DNA of 41,872 nucleotides from a virus, in IMG/VR virus record IMGVR_UViG_3300017598_000874; one strand, written 5' to 3'. Of the stretch, positions 7,263 through 13,318 are shown piece after piece. A model generated the notes under the pieces. It was not told the DNA's origin. It worked only from the letters and a program-made list of their open reading frames with translations, and searched no databases. Both the position numbers and the translations under genes were made by a program. Within the stretch, counting starts at the first letter, position 1, and each line of letters opens with the position of its first letter.

Positions 7263-7407
7263 AGCTGTATCGTTGAATGACTTGAAAGCACGAAGAGGGT
7301 GCGGATCGGCATACGACCAACTGATAAACGAGCGGAAAATATCCGACTTATTGGAAATGGCATCCAACGACAACCATGAGGCTGAAGAGCCGAAGGAGAA
7401 ACAATGA
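7213..7407 (+). CDS. hypothetical protein, family-B N-terminus (MSDKNAAGQDVPSIDWL)
   Basis: ATG 7213 follows aaaggag. The first 17 codons are identical to the ORF at 8190. Confidence 0.5.
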   Translation: MSDKNAAGQDVPSIDWLAVSLNDLKARRGCGSAYDQLINERKISDLLEMASNDNHEAEEPKEKQ

Positions 7408-7408
7408 C
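7364..7408 (+). repeat. family-A leader, left half (copy 2a)
   Basis: CCAACGACAACCATGAGGCTGAAGAGCCGAAGGAGAAACAATGAC. Confidence 0.9.
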
Positions 7409-7556
7409 AGAGTCCGCAGGATACGACGTTGATTGCACCCATGTCTCCAACTGCTGTGGGGCAGACCTTCGGATTGAAGGAAGGACTACGCAATACTATG
7501 TGTGCGAAAATTGCGGATACCCTTGTGATATTCGAGAGCCGAAGGAGAAACGATGA
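7404..7556 (+). CDS. small Zn-ribbon ORF (50 aa) between duplicated leader halves
   Basis: Read by hand: MTESAGYDVDCTHVSNCCGADLRIEGRTTQYYVCENCGYPCDIREPKEKR. Uses the family-A SD. Confidence 0.45.
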   Translation: MTESAGYDVDCTHVSNCCGADLRIEGRTTQYYVCENCGYPCDIREPKEKR

Positions 7557-7605
7557 CTGACACAAAAAAGCGTGACGGCCTTGATAGCCTCGATTCGCTG
7601 GTTCG
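7535..7605 (+). repeat. family-A leader, right part (copy 2b)
   Basis: AGAGCCGAAGGAGAAACGATGACTGACACAAAAAAGCGTGACGGCCTTGATAGCCTCGATTCGCTGGTTCG. Confidence 0.9.
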
Positions 7606-7819
7606 CCCAACAATCTTACTGGACATTCAAATGTACGTCGAGTGTCCGCACTGCGGAGAAGAACACGATCTTGCGCGATCAGAGTTCAACGCAGAGGGTG
7701 AGCACCTTTCTGCCCTATTCACGGGGGACAGTTACGACTGGCGAAAAAACTTGGACGGATCAGAGTTTGAATGTCCAGAGTGCAACAAAACATTTGAGCT
7801 AGGCGAGATCGAATGGTGA
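7553..7819 (+). CDS. hypothetical double Zn-ribbon protein, family-A N-terminus
   Basis: MTDTKKRDGLDSLDSL then CPHCG...CPECN. Conserved SD. Confidence 0.6.
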   Translation: MTDTKKRDGLDSLDSLVRPTILLDIQMYVECPHCGEEHDLARSEFNAEGEHLSALFTGDSYDWRKNLDGSEFECPECNKTFELGEIEW

Positions 7820-7871
7820 GGGCGAACGCCACCGATGAGGCTTTGCCAAAACAACAAAAGGAGAATGACCA

Positions 7872-8141
7872 ATGAAGAAAATTAAAACATTACTGTGCGG
7901 GTTAGCAATAGCCTCGATTGGCTTGTTGTCTGGCTGTGATGAGCATCAAAAAACAGCCCCCGCTTATCCCCACGACAGAAACATGAAAACAGTAAACAAC
8001 GATGTCAGCCGAAACGGATCTCGCTATCAGGGAGGGTTCCAAAAAACAGAGTGGGACGGGCACCTTTGGGTTATGCGCGTTCACGGAAACATGGTTGATG
8101 CGCTTGCGCATCACCCTGACTGTGCGTGCAACAACAGATGA
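7872..8141 (+). CDS. putative lipoprotein
   Basis: Signal peptide plus lipobox LLSGC (MKKIKTLLCGLAIASIGLLSGCDEH). SD aaaaggaga. Confidence 0.65.
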   Translation: MKKIKTLLCGLAIASIGLLSGCDEHQKTAPAYPHDRNMKTVNNDVSRNGSRYQGGFQKTEWDGHLWVMRVHGNMVDALAHHPDCACNNR

Positions 8142-8173
8142 CAGACAACGAAAACAATGAGGGGCGGATTGCC

Positions 8174-8239
8174 CCAAAGGAGACTACAGATGAGCGATAA
8201 AAACGCGGCGGGGCAAGACGTACCTTCCATTGACTGGTT
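8174..8239 (+). repeat. family-B leader, copy 2 (66 bp perfect)
   Basis: Identical to 7197-7262. Preceded by the hairpin GGGGCggattGCCCC. Confidence 0.95.
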
Positions 8240-8402
8240 GGAAGTAGATATTCTTTCTGTTGATTTTGAAACAAACGAAATGGTTCTGATTCTACCAAAA
8301 GAAGTGGTGGCGCGTGGATTTCACGCCGGAAAAGTTAAGGTTGATCTTTCGGGCGTACAACGTACTTCCAACGACAAGGTGAACCGTGAGCGTAGCGAAT
8401 AG
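8190..8402 (+). CDS. hypothetical protein, family-B N-terminus
   Basis: ATG 8190 lies inside the 66-bp perfect repeat 8174-8239. The 3' end runs into a CCAACGAC box. Confidence 0.5.
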   Translation: MSDKNAAGQDVPSIDWLEVDILSVDFETNEMVLILPKEVVARGFHAGKVKVDLSGVQRTSNDKVNRERSE

Positions 8403-8452
8403 GCTCCACTTTCTGGTTAGGCGAACACTAAACACAAACAAAGGAGACGACA

Positions 8453-8671
8453 ATGAAAGACCAAGTACTGAAAATTGTAAAAAACGCACTCGCAGGAACC
8501 GAAGACAACCTTTACCGCGCAAACATGCAGTTTGGGCGAATGACTCCAGAACAATTAAAAGGCGAATACGGGCAGTCCGGCGAAACGTGCGGAAAGATTA
8601 TGCAGGGCTACAGAGACGAAAACGAAAAACTGAAACAGTGCGTGGCATGGGTCGAGGACTGCCCCGCCTAA
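8453..8671 (+). CDS. hypothetical protein
   Basis: SD aaaggaga. A CTGGTTAG box lies 33 nt upstream of the ATG. Confidence 0.55.
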   Translation: MKDQVLKIVKNALAGTEDNLYRANMQFGRMTPEQLKGEYGQSGETCGKIMQGYRDENEKLKQCVAWVEDCPA

Positions 8672-8763
8672 CGACAAGATAACCAGCGGGAAAACCGCGA
8701 AGGGGTCAAGATGAAGGATAAAATTTCGGGCGGTTTTCACCGTATGGTTCATTTTCTGGTTAG
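8668..8763 (+). repeat. family-C leader, copy 1 (96 bp perfect)
   Basis: CTAACGACAAGATAACCAGCGGG...CATTTTCTGGTTAG, identical to 38158-38253. Confidence 0.95.
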
Positions 8764-8887
8764 CTTCCGCGCTGGAAGATTGAACGACATCAACATCTTT
8801 GAGGTGATATTGCTTTCGGCAATCGTTGGATCATTGCTTGGGGCTATCATTTACATGGGATTCCTTGAGTTAATCAAGGGAAGCTAA
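8711..8887 (+). CDS. small membrane protein (58 aa), family-C N-terminus (MKDKISGGFHRMVHFLVS)
   Basis: Read by hand. Begins inside the 96-bp perfect repeat. C-terminal TM segment VILLSAIVGSLLGAIIYMGFL. Confidence 0.5.
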   Translation: MKDKISGGFHRMVHFLVSFRAGRLNDINIFEVILLSAIVGSLLGAIIYMGFLELIKGS

Positions 8888-8923
8888 CGACAAAGTGAGT
8901 CTCCGAGGCTCGAAAGGACACAA

Positions 8924-9250
8924 ATGAAAAAAGCATCTGAAATTTTTGAAGACCAAAGAGGTTCGGCGTTTGCTGAATGCGTTGCGGAGCCGAAGGTAGA
9001 TTCTATGGCTGGTTCGATTCCAGTATTTACGGAAAAAAACTTAAGGGAGTGCTCTTTTTTGGCAGAGGGAACGGTGTTTGTTTCCGAGCATAACGACCCG
9101 CTCAAATACTGGGTAGAAATCGCGTTCTGTCGAAGCGTTGGGGTTTTCTTCCAAAAGAAAGACGCTGTCGAGTACGCAGAATTTATCAAATCGAACAGAG
9201 GTATAGATATAAAAAGTACATCTACGCAGATATTAAAGAGGAAAAGATGA
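8924..9250 (+). CDS. hypothetical protein
   Basis: SD aaagga. Contains GAGCCGAAGG and CTGGTTCG (9009-9016) repeat fragments. The 3' end is read through family-D copy B. Confidence 0.5.
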   Translation: MKKASEIFEDQRGSAFAECVAEPKVDSMAGSIPVFTEKNLRECSFLAEGTVFVSEHNDPLKYWVEIAFCRSVGVFFQKKDAVEYAEFIKSNRGIDIKSTSTQILKRKR

Positions 9251-9252
9251 CT
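9188..9252 (+). repeat. family-D leader, copy B (upstream of the SleB-like hydrolase)
   Basis: AAATCGAACAGAGGTATAGATATAAAAAGTACATCTACGCAGATATTAAAGAGGAAAAGATGACT. Confidence 0.9.
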
Positions 9253-9624
9253 ACTGGACTATTACTTGCATTAACTATCTGGCTAGAAGCGCGGGACGAA
9301 CCCTTTGAGGGAAAACTTGCCGTGGCTCAGGTTGTCATGGAGCGGGTGGCGGACAGCCGCTGGCCTGATACTGTCAGAGAAGTAATCCTGCAACCGAAGC
9401 AGTTCACCTGCTGGAACGGGCGGACACCATCGACAGCGCAGGTTCCGGCACAGCCTGATGAGGCATGGACGGCCTGCTGCGCCGCCGCAAGAGCGGTGCT
9501 TATGGACTCTGTGTTTCCGGACGGCTTCAATCATTATTATAATCCGAAGCGTTGCTCCCCGCTGTGGGCAAAAAGGGCCAAACGCACCATAAAAATCAAC
9601 AACCACTTATTTTTAGAATTATGA
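9247..9624 (+). CDS. SleB/CwlJ-family cell-wall hydrolase (endolysin candidate)
   Basis: TIWLEARDEPFEGKLAVAQVVMERV...QPKQFTCW...HYYNP...INNHLF matches the Hydrolase_2 (SleB) domain pattern EARGE..G..AVA.V..NR...QP.QF...YyNP...gnH.F. Confidence 0.9.
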   Translation: MTTGLLLALTIWLEARDEPFEGKLAVAQVVMERVADSRWPDTVREVILQPKQFTCWNGRTPSTAQVPAQPDEAWTACCAAARAVLMDSVFPDGFNHYYNPKRCSPLWAKRAKRTIKINNHLFLEL

Positions 9625-9672
9625 CCGCCCCTTTTTTAAACACACTTAATCACAGACGGAGATTGAGACAAA

Positions 9673-9792
9673 ATGAAAAACAAGACTACGAAAAGTCGGA
9701 GGGTTAGCTTGATTGATGTTATTGGGCTATCAATTTTGATTGCCGGAATAATCGCCGTTGTGGAGATTCTGCGGATTATTTACACAAGCTAA
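9673..9792 (+). CDS. small single-TM protein (39 aa), holin-like candidate
   Basis: Read by hand: MKNKTTKSRRVSLIDVIGLSILIAGIIAVVEILRIIYTS. Lies directly downstream of the hydrolase. Confidence 0.4.
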   Translation: MKNKTTKSRRVSLIDVIGLSILIAGIIAVVEILRIIYTS

Positions 9793-9822
9793 CGTTAATC
9801 ATCAGTTTCGAGGAGAAAGACT

Positions 9823-10065
9823 ATGACCGAAGAAAACAAACGTTGTACTCGTAAAATGAATGATCTGGTTAGATGTCCTTTTTGCAAGACGGAAGGTGAA
9901 TATCTGACAACGGTTATTGATGACAACAAAGCGTGGGTAAGTTGCTTTGAATGCGGTTGCAAGGGGCCATTTGCTATTGACTCAAGTTATGGGGATAGCG
10001 CGTCAAAGTTTGCACGAATACTATGGAACAACTCAGCATCTAACAGAAGTATAAATGGAAAATGA
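9823..10065 (+). CDS. Lar-family restriction-alleviation-like Zn-ribbon protein
   Basis: RCPFCKTEGEY...VSCFECGCKGPF...ARILWNN fits the Lar pattern CPFCG...C..Cg....A...WN. SD gaggaga. Confidence 0.6.
   Translation: MTEENKRCTRKMNDLVRCPFCKTEGEYLTTVIDDNKAWVSCFECGCKGPFAIDSSYGDSASKFARILWNNSASNRSINGK
10040..10064 (+). repeat. family-D, partial copy E
   Basis: CTAACAGAAGTATAAATGGAAAATG. The ATG of ORF 10062 lies inside it. Confidence 0.6.
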
Positions 10066-10301
10066 CGGCGCGATTAGCAGGGCGGATTGATTCCAGATTC
10101 TGTCCCGAGTGCCGAGAGTGGTATGAGGTGGAGGTTGGTCTGGCTACCAACGCTCAGGTTTACTGCACAACCGAATGCCGGATTGATGCTCGAAACCGGC
10201 GGCGGAGAAGGCGGGCCAGAGCAGCCAGCGCAATTCCGGTTGCCGAACAGGTTCGCCGGTGGGATTTACGTAAAGACCTAAAAAGAAAGGATGCGATATG
10301 A
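10062..10301 (+). CDS. Zn-ribbon + Arg-rich protein
   Basis: FCPEC...YCTTEC then RNRRRRRRAR. The CxxC..YC(S/T)xxC ribbon is shared with the ORF at 39474. Confidence 0.5.
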   Translation: MTARLAGRIDSRFCPECREWYEVEVGLATNAQVYCTTECRIDARNRRRRRRARAASAIPVAEQVRRWDLRKDLKRKDAI

Positions 10302-10438
10302 AAAGCGACAAAATGTCTTTTACCCAATATTTAAAGTTTTGGCTCAAGATCCACTTTGAGGACATTCGCCAGCCAGCAGATCAGGATCGTTATGCAGATG
10401 CACAGGGTTTTCATTCAATCTCCCGCGTGGCCGGTTAG
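10298..10438 (+). CDS. small ORF (46 aa), last on the plus arm
   Basis: ATGA coupling to the upstream ORF. Overlaps the 3' end of the convergent minus-strand ORF by 24 nt. Confidence 0.25.
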   Translation: MKSDKMSFTQYLKFWLKIHFEDIRQPADQDRYADAQGFHSISRVAG

Positions 10439-10714
10439 TTTGAGCACCATGAAAACAAGTCCGAGTATCGAGCCGAGCAGAGTTACCGCGCCGGGCCAGT
10501 TGAGCGCGTGGCGGGGTTTGGTGGCGGGGCAAGAGGCCATGCGAGCGCGGCATTCACGACTGCTGACAAATTCAGCATGGAACTGAATCCGGTTGGCGCG
10601 GATGAGGTAGCGGATGGCATCGCTCATGGTACCGGGGTCGCCGCGGTTTCCATTGCTGAGATCATTCTCCAGGCGCTCCCCCTCTAAAATCAGCTCCTTC
10701 TGTTCCGGTGTCAT
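10415..10714 (-). CDS. tail-anchored membrane protein (C-terminal TM), lysis or spanin-like candidate
   Basis: C-terminal TM WPGAVTLLGSILGLVFMVL. Last gene of the minus arm, next to a small lipoprotein gene. Confidence 0.45.
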   Translation of the reverse strand: MTPEQKELILEGERLENDLSNGNRGDPGTMSDAIRYLIRANRIQFHAEFVSSRECRARMASCPATKPRHALNWPGAVTLLGSILGLVFMVLKLTGHAGD

Positions 10715-10753
10715 AGTCTTCGTCCTTTTGCTCCCGGCCTTTGAACTTTATTG

Positions 10754-10963
10754 TTATTGCACCGGAATGGTGGTTTCGGGGGCAACGGCTCCGCCGCCTT
10801 CCATGTCTCTCACCGCTTCCGAATTGTTGTCGCTGCCGTCTGTATTCTGCGCCGCCGAGCGGCTGGTCAGGGCCTGACTGTTCGCGTTCACCGAATCAAT
10901 CCGTCCGGCCACGATGCACCCGCTCAGGAGTGCCGCTATTGTTAATAGTACTAGTATTTTCAT
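10754..10963 (-). CDS. small lipoprotein (o-spanin-like or exclusion candidate)
   Basis: MKILVLLTIAALLSGC lipobox. 69 aa. Flanked by a 15-bp direct repeat. Confidence 0.55.
   Translation of the reverse strand: MKILVLLTIAALLSGCIVAGRIDSVNANSQALTSRSAAQNTDGSDNNSEAVRDMEGGGAVAPETTIPVQ
10755..10769. repeat. 15-bp direct repeat, copy 1
   Basis: TATTGCACCGGAATG, identical to 10975-10989. Confidence 0.9.
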
Positions 10964-10974
10964 CGCTTATCCTC

Positions 10975-10989
10975 TATTGCACCGGAATG
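10975..10989. repeat. 15-bp direct repeat, copy 2
   Basis: TATTGCACCGGAATG. The two copies bracket the small lipoprotein gene. Confidence 0.9.
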
Positions 10990-10993
10990 TAGT

Positions 10994-12148
10994 TTATTCT
11001 CCGGTTAATTGTGTCTTAAACGCGGCAAAATCGGTAATTCCAGAAATCCCCACAGACTTTCCTTCTGTCATAGACTCCAAAATGTCGGCCATCAATGTTG
11101 GAGAGACAGTTAAATTTTTGTGTGTAGTTGAATCAGGCAATATCCACTTCGACCAACAAGATTTATAAACGGTTTCACCCTGACCGGGAATTTGATAGGG
11201 GTTGTTGCCGAAGAGCCGATTCGTTTCATTCACCAGCCCCACAGGGCAAAGGATTGCCACGCCGCCACTGTTTTTGGTTGGCCTGATGTGTGCAGCATTA
11301 TCAAAATCTAAATAGAATGTATCTGTATCATTTACCCACGTATCGAAACGCGGGATGTAATCTCTGGCTTCAACTTTACCGTTCTCGTAAATTTTGAGCA
11401 GACATATGCTCATGCCATCCTCAGCAGTCGTTCCCCAAAGAGGAATGTTGGGTTTAACCATGTGGACAATTGACTCATAATGGGCTGATACACGATTATA
11501 ATGGGAGTGATTATGTCCCATTACCGTCATTTTAATATTGGGGTGTTTTGCAATTACGCGGGAGCGAAACCCTTCCATATCCGCATCCACAGTTTGTCCG
11601 TCAACCAGAAAATAAGAGTGCGTTACAATTATACCAACCGCATTAGGGTTTGCAGTAAGAAGGGTGTTCGCCCACGTCTCAACCTCTGTTCTCGGATTCA
11701 TCTCCACACAAATAAACAGATAATCCCTGCCTTGGACAGCCAGCTTGTAAGCAACATTATTAATGTCCCCCTCTTTATACGCCCCTGCAAAATAAGATTT
11801 ATTTTCATAGCGGGAAGATGGGAATTCTTCATGCAAATAGGTGACACGACTGTTTGGCAGTTCAGCTTCCCCTCCAACCATATCGTGATTGCCCGTAGCA
11901 ATTAAAAATGGAACCTCCGCTTCCTCTATCGGCAAAAGAATATTCTTAGCCGCCGCGTTTACAATGCGGTGGAAAGATGCCGGACTGTTGTATTGCGCAT
12001 TTGACACGTCCCCCACGTGAACTACGAGTTGAATATTCTCAGCAACAATGTTATCCGCAACCCACTCTGCCATGAGCCGTTCGGTTTCCGCATCGGAGCC
12101 GTGACTGTAGTGCGTGTCGGGGATCAGAGCCAGTGTCCAATATTCCAT
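10994..12148 (-). CDS. calcineurin-like metallophosphoesterase
   Basis: Motifs in order: LIPDTHYSHG (DxH), HVGDVSN (GD), TGNHDM (GNHD), IVTHSY (H), VMGHNHSH (GHxH). Confidence 0.85.
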   Translation of the reverse strand: MEYWTLALIPDTHYSHGSDAETERLMAEWVADNIVAENIQLVVHVGDVSNAQYNSPASFHRIVNAAAKNILLPIEEAEVPFLIATGNHDMVGGEAELPNSRVTYLHEEFPSSRYENKSYFAGAYKEGDINNVAYKLAVQGRDYLFICVEMNPRTEVETWANTLLTANPNAVGIIVTHSYFLVDGQTVDADMEGFRSRVIAKHPNIKMTVMGHNHSHYNRVSAHYESIVHMVKPNIPLWGTTAEDGMSICLLKIYENGKVEARDYIPRFDTWVNDTDTFYLDFDNAAHIRPTKNSGGVAILCPVGLVNETNRLFGNNPYQIPGQGETVYKSCWSKWILPDSTTHKNLTVSPTLMADILESMTEGKSVGISGITDFAAFKTQLTGE

Positions 12149-13305
12149 TACTCAGCCCCGGCTAAAATTGCAGGCTCATCGATGTATCCATGATAAAACT
12201 GCCCAACTGATACATCATCTGGGTTAGCACCCATCCCCACTTGATCAGGAGTAAAAAAAGATGTTGAATCAGTGACGTTGGAAGCAACCAATTCCAGATT
12301 ATTCCACTCTGTCCCCACCCAGAGTTGCTGGTTGTCAACGGCAAGGAAGCGTCCCTCTACGCAATACCACGTTCCATCATTATATTGTTCGGCAGAAGTT
12401 GCGTGTCTCTCTGCCGTATTCCGCATTATCGTGCGAAGTTTTCCATTAGATGTTCCGATATAGAACTGTTTATCGTTTTCTGCCTTGTCGATCAGCGAAA
12501 TAATTGTTCCGATTGTCGTATTTGTAAATGCCGCCCGTGATCTTATCCGGAACGGATAGCCGGTAATATCATCAATATCACATTGTGCATAATCATCTGC
12601 TCCGTCAAAGGACCAGCACTCTTTACCCGCATATGTTGTAGCGGTTGGCTGATAGCCCATTCCCGTCTGTGTCATATCGTTTTCTTTAATGGAAAAATCA
12701 TGCCAAACGGCATTCGTTGTCTCGGAATCAATAACGGGATATTTTCCACTTAGCAACAATACAGAATCTATGCAGTCGGGATGAAAGGCCGCTAAATGAG
12801 CCAACGTCCCGTAAAGATTATCCGCCGCAATACGCGCCGTCTCTTCATCGGCCAGCGGGCCGGAATGAAACTCAACTGTAACGTCTGATAATACTCCATT
12901 AGAATACCAGCCATCATACGGGGGGAGGTAAGCCGCCGTATTATTAGTATAATCTTGGCCATCGACATCCAGAAGCCAATATGTATTCCATGCAAGGCCC
13001 GAGTAATATGGATGTTCCTCATACATATCTTGAAACGAATAAACTCCGTTACTTAGCGTTCCACTCACGACCACATACGAGTTCGTGAGCCATCCCCCAA
13101 CCGTCTTCGCCAGATCAAGCGTGTTGGTTGTATTGGCCGCATCCCCCGCAATCCGGGCCGTCGTCTCGGTGGCAAGGCCAGAGGCCGTTGCCGGAGTCGG
13201 AGATATGATGATCTCTTTCAGCACCGTTTCACCAACGACTTCGGTCGTAAACGTCCCCCCATAAACGCATCCCGCCAGCAATGTAAGTATCAGTATCTTC
13301 TTCAT
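12148..13305 (-). CDS. lipobox-bearing protein with C-terminal LamG/concanavalin-like domain (receptor-binding candidate)
   Basis: MKKILILTLLAGC lipobox. The C-terminus WSFDGADDYAQCD...WYCVEGRF...LWVGTEW...GMGAN...FYGYIDEPAI fits the LamG pattern. Confidence 0.7.
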   Translation of the reverse strand: MKKILILTLLAGCVYGGTFTTEVVGETVLKEIIISPTPATASGLATETTARIAGDAANTTNTLDLAKTVGGWLTNSYVVVSGTLSNGVYSFQDMYEEHPYYSGLAWNTYWLLDVDGQDYTNNTAAYLPPYDGWYSNGVLSDVTVEFHSGPLADEETARIAADNLYGTLAHLAAFHPDCIDSVLLLSGKYPVIDSETTNAVWHDFSIKENDMTQTGMGYQPTATTYAGKECWSFDGADDYAQCDIDDITGYPFRIRSRAAFTNTTIGTIISLIDKAENDKQFYIGTSNGKLRTIMRNTAERHATSAEQYNDGTWYCVEGRFLAVDNQQLWVGTEWNNLELVASNVTDSTSFFTPDQVGMGANPDDVSVGQFYHGYIDEPAILAGAE

Positions 13306-13318
13306 CTTGGTTCTCCTT

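Noticed and set aside
5138-7613. Minus-strand ORFs 5138-5356 and 7071-7613 share NRGYQGRHAF(L)(Y/C)QSSFLLRL, and ORFs 7181-7450 and 8071-8298 share SQWKVRLAPPRFYRSSVVSFGA. These look like paralogous proteins.
   Set aside because: The similarity is the antisense translation of the family-A and family-B DNA repeats. These ORFs overlap several well-supported plus-strand genes that have SD sequences.
8995-9030. tRNA-like T-arm (GCTGG-TTCGATT-CCAGT).
   Set aside because: No complementary acceptor 5' strand, D-arm or anticodon arm in the preceding 70 nt. The sequence lies inside ORF 8924-9250 and is better explained as another CTGGTTCG box copy. No tRNA was found elsewhere by eye.
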